A stretch of DNA of 64,000 nucleotides, from the NCBI GenBank assembly GCA_050173015.1, contig JBFXLE010000022.1, positions 1,102 through 65,101 of the forward strand. The letters are read 5' to 3'. The position numbers and the translations under genes are program-made. Below the pieces are notes generated by a model. That model did no database searches. It worked only from the letters and a program-made list of their open reading frames with translations, and had not been told where the DNA came from. Below, piece after piece: positions 20,286 to 30,701 of the stretch (position 1 is the stretch's first letter; each line of letters begins with the position of its first letter). The stretch comes from Calditrichaceae bacterium (GTDB lineage: Bacteria; Calditrichota; Calditrichia; Calditrichales; JBFXGD01).

Positions 20286-21470
20286 CTAATTGTTTTCAAA
20301 CTGCACAGAATAAGCCAGTCTTCGGTCTTCCACCGGCACCAGAGGGTTCGCGCTGAATTTTTTCCAAAAAATCCAGAAAAACAATCCTCCCAAACCGATA
20401 AATCCTGAAATATCCATCCACGAAAAATGAAACCCATCCGCGCTGTGTGTCGGGAATGTCAGCCAATACAGATCCACCCAGTGCATCACCAGGACCCAGA
20501 CAGACATAAAAGTCAGCCATTTCAAATTTCTTTTTGAAGATCTCGTAATTAATCCAAGGAACGGGAAAAGAAAATGTCCCAGAACAATCGTCATGGTCAT
20601 ATATTTCCAGGAGCCTTCCCAGCGGACCGTGTACCAGATGGTTTCTTCCGGTATATTCGCGTACCAGATCAGAAAATATTGAGAAAATCCCATGTACGCC
20701 CAGAAGATTATAAACGAAAACAATAATTTTGCGAGATCATGATAGTGTTCAATTGTTATAACATCATCAAGAATTCCGAAATTTCTAAGCGTAACACCGA
20801 TGATAATGGTAAATGCGAGCAACGAAAGCAGGCTCCCCGAAAAGAAATACACACCATAGATCGTTGAATACCAGTGCGGATCGAGAGACATGAGCCAGTC
20901 AAACGCGGCAAAGCTGGACGTTAAAGCGAACAGAATCATCGCAGGCGCGCTGATACGCTTCATTTTTTCTATTTTTTCTTCATCCGGCGCGCTGTCCTGC
21001 GCTATTGATGTTTTGTATAATACCCTTGCTATCAGATACCATACTGAAAAATAGACGGCGGAACGGATCAGAAAAAACGGGATATTCAGATAACCTGCCT
21101 TTTTTTGAAGTAGCAAGTCGTGGGCGACGGCTTCCGGATGGCTCCAGTGATATAAGTCATGAAAACCAAAAACCAATGGAATAAAGAAAACCGCCATGAC
21201 GGGAAGTACCATCATCAATGTTTCCGTGATACGTCTCATGACGATACTCCATTGCGCCCCTACCAGGTGATTCAGGAGCGTGAAAAACAATCCCCCAAGT
21301 CCCAAAGTAACCCAGAACATATAGGCGACAAGATAGGAATGGAAAAACTGCCCTGAATCTATAAAATAACCTGTAAATGTAATAAGAAGCGCCAAGGTCC
21401 CGGTAATCAACGCGTATTTCCCGAATTTACCGCTGTCAGTAAGTCGAAAAGTGTTTTTGTCTAATTTCAT
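20286..21470 (-). CDS. actF: Alternative complex III subunit ActF (polytopic membrane subunit)
   Basis: 394-aa multi-helix membrane protein in the position following the monoheme ActE. Assigned by operon context and resemblance to quinol:cytochrome c oxidoreductase membrane subunits. Confidence 0.7.
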   Translation of the reverse strand: MKLDKNTFRLTDSGKFGKYALITGTLALLITFTGYFIDSGQFFHSYLVAYMFWVTLGLGGLFFTLLNHLVGAQWSIVMRRITETLMMVLPVMAVFFIPLVFGFHDLYHWSHPEAVAHDLLLQKKAGYLNIPFFLIRSAVYFSVWYLIARVLYKTSIAQDSAPDEEKIEKMKRISAPAMILFALTSSFAAFDWLMSLDPHWYSTIYGVYFFSGSLLSLLAFTIIIGVTLRNFGILDDVITIEHYHDLAKLLFSFIIFWAYMGFSQYFLIWYANIPEETIWYTVRWEGSWKYMTMTIVLGHFLFPFLGLITRSSKRNLKWLTFMSVWVLVMHWVDLYWLTFPTHSADGFHFSWMDISGFIGLGGLFFWIFWKKFSANPLVPVEDRRLAYSVQFENN

Positions 21471-21480
21471 ACCTGATTCT

Positions 21481-22104
21481 CTAATTTAAGTCTTTTAAAA
21501 TTTCTTCCGGCACATCCGAAGCGGAAGCATTCCGGGCGCGCTGTAAAGCCCGTACATAATTAACAATTGCCCAGCGGTCATCCACCGGAATCTGATGTTT
21601 ATAAGACGGCATATTTCTTATACCATTGCTAATAACGTCGTAAATATGCCCGTCCGGAAAATTACGAATATTATCCTGATGAAATGACGGAGGCGGCAGA
21701 TAACCTCTTTTTACGACAATCCCTTTTCCGTCCCCTACTCTGCTGTGACAGGGCGCGCAGTAAATATCATACCGTTCCTGTCCTCTTTTTAAGACCTTTA
21801 CGGTTGGATCAATCGGTGATTTCAGGATCAGATTCCCGGCGGCATCTTTTCCAAAATAATATTCAGTGTCATCAAAAAGTTCACCCCTTGCGACAGTACC
21901 GGGAACCGGCGCGCGCATGGCAGATCCGTTTTCAAAAAACCGGCTTTCTGTCTGTGGCAGATATTTGGGCTGCTGATCCATATTGGGATTGATATGGATC
22001 GGCGGTTTATCCGAAGGCTTTCCGCGAAGACAACCGGTAAATTGAACCGACAACACCAGCAACAGAAACACCGGAAAAATCTTTTTTAAAAGTATATTAT
22101 ACAA
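21481..22104 (-). CDS. actE: Alternative complex III monoheme cytochrome c subunit ActE (lipoprotein)
   Basis: Lipobox-like FTGC and a single CAPCHS heme motif. 207 aa, sited between actD and actF. Confidence 0.75.
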   Translation of the reverse strand: MYNILLKKIFPVFLLLVLSVQFTGCLRGKPSDKPPIHINPNMDQQPKYLPQTESRFFENGSAMRAPVPGTVARGELFDDTEYYFGKDAAGNLILKSPIDPTVKVLKRGQERYDIYCAPCHSRVGDGKGIVVKRGYLPPPSFHQDNIRNFPDGHIYDVISNGIRNMPSYKHQIPVDDRWAIVNYVRALQRARNASASDVPEEILKDLN

Positions 22105-22119
22105 GATTACGCCTCACAT

Positions 22120-22692
22120 CTATTTCGTTTTGACTTCTTCATTTACGATATCTGTCCGGTCCACCAGAAATTCGATATTTTTTCCGCCGATTTTTTCCAG
22201 AAACGACCGGGCCTGTTCCGGATCGAAATCATCATTATCCGCTTCAATACTTACAAAAAAAGCGTCATCCGTCACCCTGGCGAAACGATCAGAATGAAAA
22301 ATAGGATGAAAAAATTGCGGGAGTTTGTTAAGAAGGAGCATACCCACAAGCGCTGTTAGCGCTGATGAAAACACCATGACGGCAAAAGCGACCGTACCAA
22401 AGGCCTGATAACTGAAAAACGGTTTACCGGAAACGGTGATGGGATAATCAATGGCGCTTGTCCATCCTTCAAACGCGAAACCTGCCAGAAAGGCGCCGAT
22501 GGCGACAATTCCTACCATCCACCCCAGCGGAGACCTTTTTTCCCCCATGGCGTTGTCCATTCCATGCACGGGAAAGGGAGAATGACAGTCAAAATTACTG
22601 AATTCCGATTCGCGCAGATGTTCCGCCGCCTTTAATAGTTCAGCGGGTGAACCAAATTCAGCGAGCACTCCTTCAACTTTTTTATTTTTCAT
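22120..22692 (-). CDS. actD: Alternative complex III subunit ActD (DUF3341-like)
   Basis: [21 protein letters not shown] plus [11 protein letters not shown] and two TM helices, typical of ActD. The probable start is the ATG at 22692 (MKNKK), which overlaps the actC 3' end by 11 nt. The ORF track extends it to 22746. Confidence 0.75.
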   Translation of the reverse strand: MKNKKVEGVLAEFGSPAELLKAAEHLRESEFSNFDCHSPFPVHGMDNAMGEKRSPLGWMVGIVAIGAFLAGFAFEGWTSAIDYPITVSGKPFFSYQAFGTVAFAVMVFSSALTALVGMLLLNKLPQFFHPIFHSDRFARVTDDAFFVSIEADNDDFDPEQARSFLEKIGGKNIEFLVDRTDIVNEEVKTK

Positions 22693-24091
22693 GATGGCCT
22701 CCGCCGTTATGTCCATTGTGATGCGGGTCTGCCTGCGGGAGAACACCTTTTACTTCCGATATGGCAATCATTGGCAGAAAACGGATAAAAAGCAGGAACA
22801 ACGAGAAAAACAGACCAAATGAGCCGATAAAAATACCAATATCAAAAATAGTCGGCTTATAGTACGCCCAGCTGGATGGCAGAAAATCACGTGAAAGCGA
22901 AGAAACAACGATAACAAATCTTTCGAACCACATACCAACATTGATAAGAATGGATGCAACAAACATGGCGGGAATGCTCGTACGCAGCTTCTTTGACCAG
23001 AACAATTGGGGCACAAGCACATTACAGGTAATCATGGTCCAGTAAGCCCACGCGTACGGACCAAACGCCCTGTTTATGAAAGCAAAGGTTTCATACTCAT
23101 TCCCGCTGTACCAGGCGATAAAAAATTCCATCCCGTATGAATATCCCACCATCAGCCCGGTGACAAGCATGATCTTATTCATATTTTCAAGATGCCTGAT
23201 CGTGATAATATGTTCGAGATTGAACACCTTCCTGGCGATAAGTGCGAGGGTCATCACCATGGCGAATCCTGAGAAAATCGCTCCCGCGACAAAATATGGA
23301 GGAAAAATCGTCGTGTGCCATCCGGGGATCACACTGGTGGCAAAGTCCGTACTCACAACGCTGTGCACTGATAGCACGAGAGGTGTAGATAATCCCGCCA
23401 GCAGCAGATAGGCCAGTTCATAATGTTTCCACTGTCTGTTACCACCCCGCCAACCGAGAGACAAGATTCCGAACGCGATCTTTCGCAATCTTGATTTCGC
23501 GCGGTCTCTCAGTGTCGCCAAATCAGGGATAAGTCCCACATACCAGAACATCAGAGAGACTGAAAAATATGTGCTTACCGCAAACACATCCCAGAGCAGC
23601 GGACTCCGGAAATTTGGCCACATGCCCATCTGGTTCGGAATCGGAAACATCCAGTAAGCAACCCAAACACGGCCCACATGAATACCGGGAAAGATTAACG
23701 CGCAGATAACCGCGAAAATTGTCATCGCTTCCGCGAAGCGGTTAATGGACGTTCTCCATCGCTGCCTGAACAAAAACAGCACGGCGGAAATCAGTGTCCC
23801 CGCGTGTCCGATTCCCACCCAGAAGACAAAATTAACGATGGCCCATCCCCAGCCCACGGGGATATTTACTCCCCAGATTCCGATGCCCTCCCAGAACAGG
23901 TAAGCGATCATCGCCACCAGCATCATTGCCATTGACCCGGAAACCGCGAACAGGGCATACCAGATCTTTGGTGTTTTTCTTTCGGTAATCGAACTAATCT
24001 GCTCTGTAATGCTCGAAAATGTCGGATTACCGGTGATCAGCGGCGGTTCCGCCGCAGGAATAACAGTTGAATTTTTTGTTATGACACCCAC
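22682..24091 (-). CDS. actC: Alternative complex III quinol-interacting membrane subunit ActC (NrfD/PsrC family)
   Basis: 469-aa polytopic protein with an NrfD-like pattern ([25 protein letters not shown]), immediately downstream of actB. Confidence 0.85.
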   Translation of the reverse strand: MGVITKNSTVIPAAEPPLITGNPTFSSITEQISSITERKTPKIWYALFAVSGSMAMMLVAMIAYLFWEGIGIWGVNIPVGWGWAIVNFVFWVGIGHAGTLISAVLFLFRQRWRTSINRFAEAMTIFAVICALIFPGIHVGRVWVAYWMFPIPNQMGMWPNFRSPLLWDVFAVSTYFSVSLMFWYVGLIPDLATLRDRAKSRLRKIAFGILSLGWRGGNRQWKHYELAYLLLAGLSTPLVLSVHSVVSTDFATSVIPGWHTTIFPPYFVAGAIFSGFAMVMTLALIARKVFNLEHIITIRHLENMNKIMLVTGLMVGYSYGMEFFIAWYSGNEYETFAFINRAFGPYAWAYWTMITCNVLVPQLFWSKKLRTSIPAMFVASILINVGMWFERFVIVVSSLSRDFLPSSWAYYKPTIFDIGIFIGSFGLFFSLFLLFIRFLPMIAISEVKGVLPQADPHHNGHNGGGHHEK

Positions 24092-24114
24092 TGGCTTCTC
24101 ATCATTTTTTGTGA

Positions 24115-27108
24115 TTAATTTATGTTTATTTTATAATCTTTCAGTTCAGGATTTGGATTGCGAAGTTTGGCCAAAAAAGTCGTTCTCGTTTTTACATTGA
24201 GTTCTCCCAACATCGTGTAATTCCTGTTCTGTTTTTTCATTTTTGAAACCGCGCTTTCAGGATCATTGATATTTCCAAACACGATGGCGTCCGCCGGACA
24301 ACTCTGCTGACATGCGGTCTCTATTTCACCGTCTAAAACTTCCCGTTCCTCAAGTTTGGCGTTATTTTTCGCTCCCGAGATTCTCTGGATGCAGAACGTG
24401 CACTTTTCCATTACACCGCGTGAACGCACCGTCACATCAGGATTCTGCGCCATTTTTATTATTTCACCCAAATCCTTTGTATAATTAAAGAAATTAAACC
24501 TGCGAACTTTGTACGGACAATTATTTGAACAGTATCTTGTCCCGATACAGCGATTATAAGTCATTACATTTAATCCTTCATCGTCATGAACAGTCGCCTG
24601 AACCGGACATACCTGCTCACAGGGCGCGTTCTCACAATGCTGACATGCCACCGGCTGGTAAACCATTTCCGGATCATCAATATCACCGGCAAAATACCGA
24701 TCCAGCCTTATCCAATGCATTTCCCTGCCTTTTGAAACCTGTTCTTTACCAACGATAGGAATATTATTCTCGCTCTGACAGGCGATCACACAGGCATTAC
24801 AGCCTGAACAGGTGTTAAGATCTATGGTCATTCCCCATTGATAACCTTCATCATAAACCCGGTCTTCCCAGAGAGATTTTAATGGCGGACTTTTGACCAT
24901 TTCCGGCGCGAAGTCCGGATACTGACGATAATGATCCAGCGAAGCTTCCCTGACAAGCGGCCTGCCTTCCATACTGTTGTGATCCTGTGAATTAGCCAGG
25001 AGATAAGTTTCACCCGTCCCGGTTATTCTCGCGCCCTGATCAAAATTCAGCGCGTCGGAAGTACGGATTCGGTACACATCAAAACCGGTTCCATTACCAA
25101 TCCTACCCACCGATCGGCGTCCATATCCGACTGGGAGGGTAATTGAATAGTCCGCCTGCCCGGGAAGCACCGAGACCGGAATAATCATATCTCTGTCTTT
25201 ATATGTCAGACGCACAAGATCCTGTGTTTTTACCCCCAATTCATCGGCTGTCTTTGGACTTATTAACGCGGCGTTATCCCAGGTGATTTTTGTTACCGGA
25301 TCCGGCATTTCCTGCATCCAGCCGTTGTTCGCGTACCGTCCGTCATAAACCGCCGGTGAAGCCATAAAAACAACTTCCAGATCATTAATTGACGCGCCAG
25401 ATTGATTAAACTTGAATTTTTTAACAGTTGTATGCAATGAAGATGAATTTAGTCCCGGATCTATTTCTTTCCCCGCATCCGCATCCGCGACACCGTTATG
25501 AAGCAAGCCGCGCCATTTTTTTTCATATTCCGTAGCGGAGAAAATATTCTGCCATGTTTCGCGGACAATATCATACCCCCTGCGGTCTTCTCCCGAAATA
25601 ATCACGTTTAACAACTCTATCATGGTATGCCCGCCGAAAAGCGGCTCGATCATCGGCTGAATTACGCTGCGGGATCCGTCAGCCGCCCTGGCGTCCCCCC
25701 AGCTTTCAAGAAAATGAGCCTGCGGAATATGCCATTCGGTCATTTCTGAAGTCTCATCAACATGCATGGACAAATGAACAGAATGATTAACTTTTTTTAG
25801 CAGTGACTTGAAATCAAAATCAGACGGAGCGTCAAATACCGGATTTCCCCCTAAGAGAATCAGGGTATCAATTTCTCCAGTGTTTACCTTGTCCGCCACC
25901 CTTTTAAAAGACTCAAGAGACGGAATCACTGAATCCTTCAGCTCATTGTAAGTAACTGTATTCCCCGCATTACCCATAGCGTGATTAATCGCGTAAACAA
26001 TGGAATGAACAATCGCGGGCTGACGTCTTCCGGCTACGACGAGACTCTGCTGGTCATTTTTCAGAAGATCCTTCGCGAGCGCGTTAATCCATTTACGGTC
26101 AAATTTCCGGTGCGTATCCTTGATATCAGGAAACGGCAAATCAATCGGCAACCCCAGCCTGCTTAGTTCTTCCGCGACCGCCGCGGTAAACGCCGGAATC
26201 ATTGAACTCTCAAGCCGCAAACGGTGATCCGCCATACCACCTGTCACCGTAAACACGGATTCAGCCACATAGAGTCGATTCATATTATCCTTTTCCGATT
26301 CGACCCGTCTTCCAGCCGCGAACCCCTTATTCGCTTTAATGCTTTCATTTTCCATGAGGAGAAAATCCGCATCCAGCGAGAGAATCACTTTTGCTTTATC
26401 AAAATGATACACCGGGCGAACCGTTTTCCCCGACGCTATCCTGATACCACTATAAATATTTTCATCGCTGACCGGCTCATAAACAGACCAATCCGCTTTA
26501 GGAAACTCCCGGTTAAATTTTTCAAACAAACGGTAAAGCGACGGTGAAGAAAACGCGCCGGAAATAACCGCGAGTCCTTCTCCTCGGGTCTCTAAAAGTG
26601 CCGGATAAATTTCACGCCAGAAGGCGACAAACTCCGTCCATTCCTTCTCAACACCCTTCAACCGAACCGACTGCGAACGATCCGGGTCATATAAATTCAA
26701 CATTTCTGATTGAATAAAGGCATTCGAACTTCCCAAACTAGACGGATGTTTTTTATTACCCTCGATTTTTGTCGGGCGGCCTTCGTGATTTTCCACTACC
26801 AGGCCATAGGAATCAAGTCCAAAAGGCATCGTTGTGGCGTAATGCTTCGGAATACCGGGCACGACATTTTCCGGCGCGATAACATATGGCACTATTTTTT
26901 CAACGGGCCGCCGGCATCCCGCAAGACCGGCAAAAGCGATCGACGCTCCCATCAGAGTTAAAAATTTGCGCCTTGAAACGGGGCTGATCATCTCCGATGC
27001 GTTCTCAGGGAATTCCCGATGTAAAAATTCCTGAAATTCCGGCGTCTCAGCCAACTGATCCAGACTGCGCCAGTATTCTTTTCCTTTTACATTCACGTTT
27101 TTTTTCAT
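24115..27108 (-). CDS. actB: Alternative complex III subunit ActB (molybdopterin-oxidoreductase-like domain fused to 4Fe-4S domain), Tat signal
   Basis: Twin-arginine motif [22 protein letters not shown] large MopB-like region, then ferredoxin clusters ([15 protein letters not shown]; [14 protein letters not shown]; [12 protein letters not shown]; CQQSCP). The ATG at 27108 forms an ATGA overlap with the actA stop. The ORF track starts at 27126. Confidence 0.9.
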   Translation of the reverse strand: MKKNVNVKGKEYWRSLDQLAETPEFQEFLHREFPENASEMISPVSRRKFLTLMGASIAFAGLAGCRRPVEKIVPYVIAPENVVPGIPKHYATTMPFGLDSYGLVVENHEGRPTKIEGNKKHPSSLGSSNAFIQSEMLNLYDPDRSQSVRLKGVEKEWTEFVAFWREIYPALLETRGEGLAVISGAFSSPSLYRLFEKFNREFPKADWSVYEPVSDENIYSGIRIASGKTVRPVYHFDKAKVILSLDADFLLMENESIKANKGFAAGRRVESEKDNMNRLYVAESVFTVTGGMADHRLRLESSMIPAFTAAVAEELSRLGLPIDLPFPDIKDTHRKFDRKWINALAKDLLKNDQQSLVVAGRRQPAIVHSIVYAINHAMGNAGNTVTYNELKDSVIPSLESFKRVADKVNTGEIDTLILLGGNPVFDAPSDFDFKSLLKKVNHSVHLSMHVDETSEMTEWHIPQAHFLESWGDARAADGSRSVIQPMIEPLFGGHTMIELLNVIISGEDRRGYDIVRETWQNIFSATEYEKKWRGLLHNGVADADAGKEIDPGLNSSSLHTTVKKFKFNQSGASINDLEVVFMASPAVYDGRYANNGWMQEMPDPVTKITWDNAALISPKTADELGVKTQDLVRLTYKDRDMIIPVSVLPGQADYSITLPVGYGRRSVGRIGNGTGFDVYRIRTSDALNFDQGARITGTGETYLLANSQDHNSMEGRPLVREASLDHYRQYPDFAPEMVKSPPLKSLWEDRVYDEGYQWGMTIDLNTCSGCNACVIACQSENNIPIVGKEQVSKGREMHWIRLDRYFAGDIDDPEMVYQPVACQHCENAPCEQVCPVQATVHDDEGLNVMTYNRCIGTRYCSNNCPYKVRRFNFFNYTKDLGEIIKMAQNPDVTVRSRGVMEKCTFCIQRISGAKNNAKLEEREVLDGEIETACQQSCPADAIVFGNINDPESAVSKMKKQNRNYTMLGELNVKTRTTFLAKLRNPNPELKDYKININ

Positions 27109-27752
27109 CTGTGACATCCTGAACAATCTACTGGTGGTTTAATTTTTTTCTCATCGATTACTTTTCTGGCAAATTCCAACTGATTTGTCGGGGGTTTCCA
27201 GTTCATTTTGGTAATATCGTCGGGAGGTCTTATAAATGGTTCCGGGTTTCGGTGACAGTCAATACACCAGCTCATACTAAGCGATTCTTTCTGCTCGACA
27301 ACTTCCATTGCCGCCACGTTTCCATGACAGCTTTCACAACCAACCCCGGCCTTTATATGAGCGCTATGCCTGAAATAGGCAAAATCAGGAAGATTATGAA
27401 CCCTTACCCACTGAATGGGATCGCCTGTGGCCCAGCTTTCGCGAACGGGCAGCAGTTTTTCACTTTCCGTGCGGATGAGCGTATGACAATTCATACATGT
27501 TTGCGTGGGTGGTATAATCGCCTCTTCCGAGAACTCTACCGATGTATGACAATAACGGCAATCCATCCCCAAATCCCCGGCGTGTAGCTTATGACTGTAC
27601 TCAACAGGCTGCTCCGGACGATATCCGACATCCGTATATTTGGGTGAGCCGTAATACCAGATAAATCCGACGGTTGCCATTCCACCAAACATGACTCCGA
27701 TGATAATATAAAGCGGAAGTTTATTTGTCCATTTTGGAAAAATTTGAGCCAA
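27105..27752 (-). CDS. actA: Alternative complex III pentaheme cytochrome c subunit ActA
   Basis: N-terminal TM anchor and five CXXCH motifs (CRYCH, CMNCH, CESCH, CIDCH, CSGCH). Confidence 0.85.
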   Translation of the reverse strand: MAQIFPKWTNKLPLYIIIGVMFGGMATVGFIWYYGSPKYTDVGYRPEQPVEYSHKLHAGDLGMDCRYCHTSVEFSEEAIIPPTQTCMNCHTLIRTESEKLLPVRESWATGDPIQWVRVHNLPDFAYFRHSAHIKAGVGCESCHGNVAAMEVVEQKESLSMSWCIDCHRNPEPFIRPPDDITKMNWKPPTNQLEFARKVIDEKKIKPPVDCSGCHR

Positions 27753-27855
27753 ACCTAACTCCTATTCTAAATATTTCTGTATACTAACCGCGTTATGTTT
27801 AATTCATGTCTATAAGTCAGAAGATCAGTATTGCAAATTCATTTCTGAAACAATT

Positions 27856-28719
27856 CTAAATCAATCCATCCACGATAATCGCGAGAAAAAGTCCGAATAG
27901 ATATACTATTGAATAACCAAATAACCCCTTGATCAGACCTTCAGATCTTGATCTTTTGGCGTCAATTGATTTTTTTATAAATAAAAAACCCAAAACAATA
28001 GCAACAATCGCGTAAAGCAAACCGGCAGCTTGGGAGAAATATAAGGTCAGGCTAACCGCTACAAGTACCCAGGAATACATAATAATCCACCTGAATGTCT
28101 TCGTATCACCGTTAACCACAGGCATCATGGGTAATTCCGCGAGCCGGTAATCATCCTTATATACAAGGGCAAGCGCCCAGAAATGAGGCGGGGTCCAAAA
28201 GAAAATAATGAGGAATAATATCCACGGATCGATCGACATCGATCCGGTTGCGGCAACCCAGGCGCCAACGGGAGCCATCGCTCCGGCCGCGCCTCCAATA
28301 ACAATGTTTTGCGGGGTATTGGGTTTTAAAAACAATGTATAGAACAGACTATAAAATAAAATTGTACCCATGGACAGCGCCGCGCTGAACCAATTAAAAA
28401 ATATACCGAAAATCAATATACCTGCAGTACCTATAAAAACTGAAAATATTAAGGCGTTTTTTGATGGGATTTTATTCCTGGGAAGCGGACGACGCCCCGA
28501 TGTTCGGGTCATTTTTGCATCGATATCACGTTCAAAATACTGATTAAGCGCATTCGCGGCTCCTCCGGTGAGATACAGGGCGACCAGAACCAGAAGAAAT
28601 TCCGCAGGATTTCCCAGAAGACTGCCTTCCATTACTAATGCCGTGGCCCCTGTGACGACAACCAGCAACATGATGGTCGGTTTTGTAAGCTGAAAATACG
28701 CTAAGATTTTGGATTTCAT
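27856..28719 (-). CDS. ctaB: Protoheme IX farnesyltransferase (heme O synthase)
   Basis: UbiA-family pattern: NALNQYFERDIDAKMTRTSGRPLP, then WTPPHFWALAL and DDYRLAELPMMP. Confidence 0.9.
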   Translation of the reverse strand: MKSKILAYFQLTKPTIMLLVVVTGATALVMEGSLLGNPAEFLLVLVALYLTGGAANALNQYFERDIDAKMTRTSGRRPLPRNKIPSKNALIFSVFIGTAGILIFGIFFNWFSAALSMGTILFYSLFYTLFLKPNTPQNIVIGGAAGAMAPVGAWVAATGSMSIDPWILFLIIFFWTPPHFWALALVYKDDYRLAELPMMPVVNGDTKTFRWIIMYSWVLVAVSLTLYFSQAAGLLYAIVAIVLGFLFIKKSIDAKRSRSEGLIKGLFGYSIVYLFGLFLAIIVDGLI

Positions 28720-28963
28720 TTAACAATTTTGCCTGGTAATGTTTTTAACCGCTCAAGAAAAACAATTCTGTTTCCATCGTCTGACTCAGGGCGGGCTCAA
28801 ACTTATATCATGCCTGTTGAATCAAGACATCACTCAGAACAAATCGCTTTTTGTTAATATTCCCGCGCATCCGTTTTTTTTAACCGAATTCTAATTTTTT
28901 TTATTCGTTTAGTAAGTTTATAGACATTTTCGCGTCAGGCGGGTCATATTATCGAAGAAGTAC

Positions 28964-28990
28964 AAAAAAAAACCGGCAAATCGCCGGCTT
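28964..28990 (-). terminator. Rho-independent terminator after the phosphofructokinase gene
   Basis: The minus strand reads GCCGGCGATTTGCCGG (5-bp GC stem CCGGC/GCCGG) followed by nine T. It lies 26 nt after the stop at 29016. Confidence 0.55.
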
Positions 28991-29015
28991 TATGAAATAT
29001 GTCAAAAATCCAGTA

Positions 29016-30335
29016 TTATTTTTTTACAGGTTTTTTTATAGGTTCATCTTTGATGCTCTCATCATCTTCCGGATGAATTTTTGTAACTCCCTCTTCCAGG
29101 AGATAATGAAAATTTTTCTGAAATTCATCCGCGGATATATTTGCTGTAGCCGCGTATTTTGCAAGTTCATGCGGATCATCAAAATCTTCTGTTTTTAGTC
29201 TGATCATATACCGGTGCGCCACATGATATGATTCAGAATCAATATCAACCATTCTCACCTTCATTTTTTTTGTTCTCGGATCAATAATATCTTTAAAATA
29301 TAAAGGAACAAACCGGTTGTTCTGAATGGATATAAGAGCGCCGTTACCGCCGTCATATAAAAATTTCGACGCCATGAACCCCAGATCCCTGCAATACTCC
29401 ATATCGAACGGAATCGGATCCGCGCATCGTAATTCATAGCCTATATTTTTCGCGACGATTGTTGTTTTTAATTTGAACTGTTTCAATCGTTCCTGAACAT
29501 GGTATTTTAAAATCTCGCCAAAACTAATCTCCGCGAATCTCAGATTATCGTGAGCATCACGTTCAATATTCAGTATTTTGCTAAACGCCGCCGGATCAAG
29601 TTTTTCAAGCAGGCCCTCAGCCAATATGGCGACACCGTCTGTTCGCCCATAACTCAGACGCTTTATGATCGCGCCAACGAGTATGTCCACCAATTGCTGC
29701 AGTTGTATATTTTTACTTCCAAATTCTTCCGGAATAATAGTCAGTGTCGCGCCGGCCGCTTTTCCGATACCAAGCGCGAGATGTCCGGCCTTTCGGCCCA
29801 TGGTTACCACAAAATACCAGCGGGATGTTGTTTTAGCGTCGGTCATAATATTCTTGACGATTTCAACCCCCAGATGCCGTGCCGTCTGAAAACCAAACGT
29901 TGGAATCCCATGCGGAAGATCAAGATCATTATCAATTGTTTTTGGAACATGCGCGACACGAATTCTGCCGTTGGCAACCTGTTCAACACGGTAGGCCGAA
30001 TACGCTGTGTCGTCACCGCCAATGGTGATTAACTGATCTACATTTAATCGAAGTAGAGATGAAACCGTGTTTTCTAAAAATTTTGGGTCTTTAGTCGGAT
30101 TCTCCCGGGCAATACCGATATATGACCCTCCCCGAAAATGGATGCGGCTTGTCTCATCTATTGTCAAAGGCGCGATGTGTGAAATATCACCCTGCATAAT
30201 CCATTTAAAACCATCTTTAATACCGATCACGTCACCGCCCGAAAGTATCGCCCTGATTGTCGCGGCGCCTATAACACTATTTATCCCGGGCGCCGGGCCA
30301 CCGCCAACAAGTATGGCTGTTCTTTTAGGATGCAT
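29016..30335 (-). CDS. pfp: Phosphofructokinase of the PPi-dependent signature type (PfkA family)
   Basis: GGGPAPGINSVI, TIGGDDTAYSA and PKTIDNDL. The Asp in GGDD and the Lys in PKTIDND replace the Gly residues of ATP-dependent enzymes (GGDGS, PGTIDND). Confidence 0.8.
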   Translation of the reverse strand: MHPKRTAILVGGGPAPGINSVIGAATIRAILSGGDVIGIKDGFKWIMQGDISHIAPLTIDETSRIHFRGGSYIGIARENPTKDPKFLENTVSSLLRLNVDQLITIGGDDTAYSAYRVEQVANGRIRVAHVPKTIDNDLDLPHGIPTFGFQTARHLGVEIVKNIMTDAKTTSRWYFVVTMGRKAGHLALGIGKAAGATLTIIPEEFGSKNIQLQQLVDILVGAIIKRLSYGRTDGVAILAEGLLEKLDPAAFSKILNIERDAHDNLRFAEISFGEILKYHVQERLKQFKLKTTIVAKNIGYELRCADPIPFDMEYCRDLGFMASKFLYDGGNGALISIQNNRFVPLYFKDIIDPRTKKMKVRMVDIDSESYHVAHRYMIRLKTEDFDDPHELAKYAATANISADEFQKNFHYLLEEGVTKIHPEDDESIKDEPIKKPVKK

Positions 30336-30701
30336 TAAATACCTCCAAAATACACTTTGTTTCGTTAAAAAGAGGCAATATACAAAGACAAACCAATTCC
30401 CGCAAGTTCACATTTTTGAATATTTTTTTATTTAAATGTATAATTATTCTATCGATCATGTTATTTGTTTTACGGTGATATAAATCAAACCATTTGGATA
30501 AATTTCTTTTAATATTTACACTGGTGGTCAGCCTTCGGTATATTATGGATATAACAATATTGTGTTATCAAAATTATTTTACGGTTATTCTTCCCCTGCT
30601 TATGTTTAATTGTACCGACTAAGACACCGATTACCTCCCGGAAGAGTTTATTGTTAGATGCTTTTTAAGTTCAGTTCTTTTATCGAACCGGGTTATTTTT
30701 T

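Noticed and set aside
29550-30032. 160-aa ORF antisense to the phosphofructokinase gene, and similar long shadow ORFs (37392-37823, 38955-39371, 10522-10902, 26224-26547, 23076-23411, 11300-11641)
   Set aside because: Each lies entirely inside a strongly supported gene on the other strand or in another frame. None has a recognisable motif, and all have biased composition typical of shadow ORFs.
30551-30568. Inverted repeat ATAACA-N6-TGTTAT upstream of the 590-aa ORF as an operator
   Set aside because: Six-base A+T-rich arms are expected by chance in this composition, and there is no second copy or other support.
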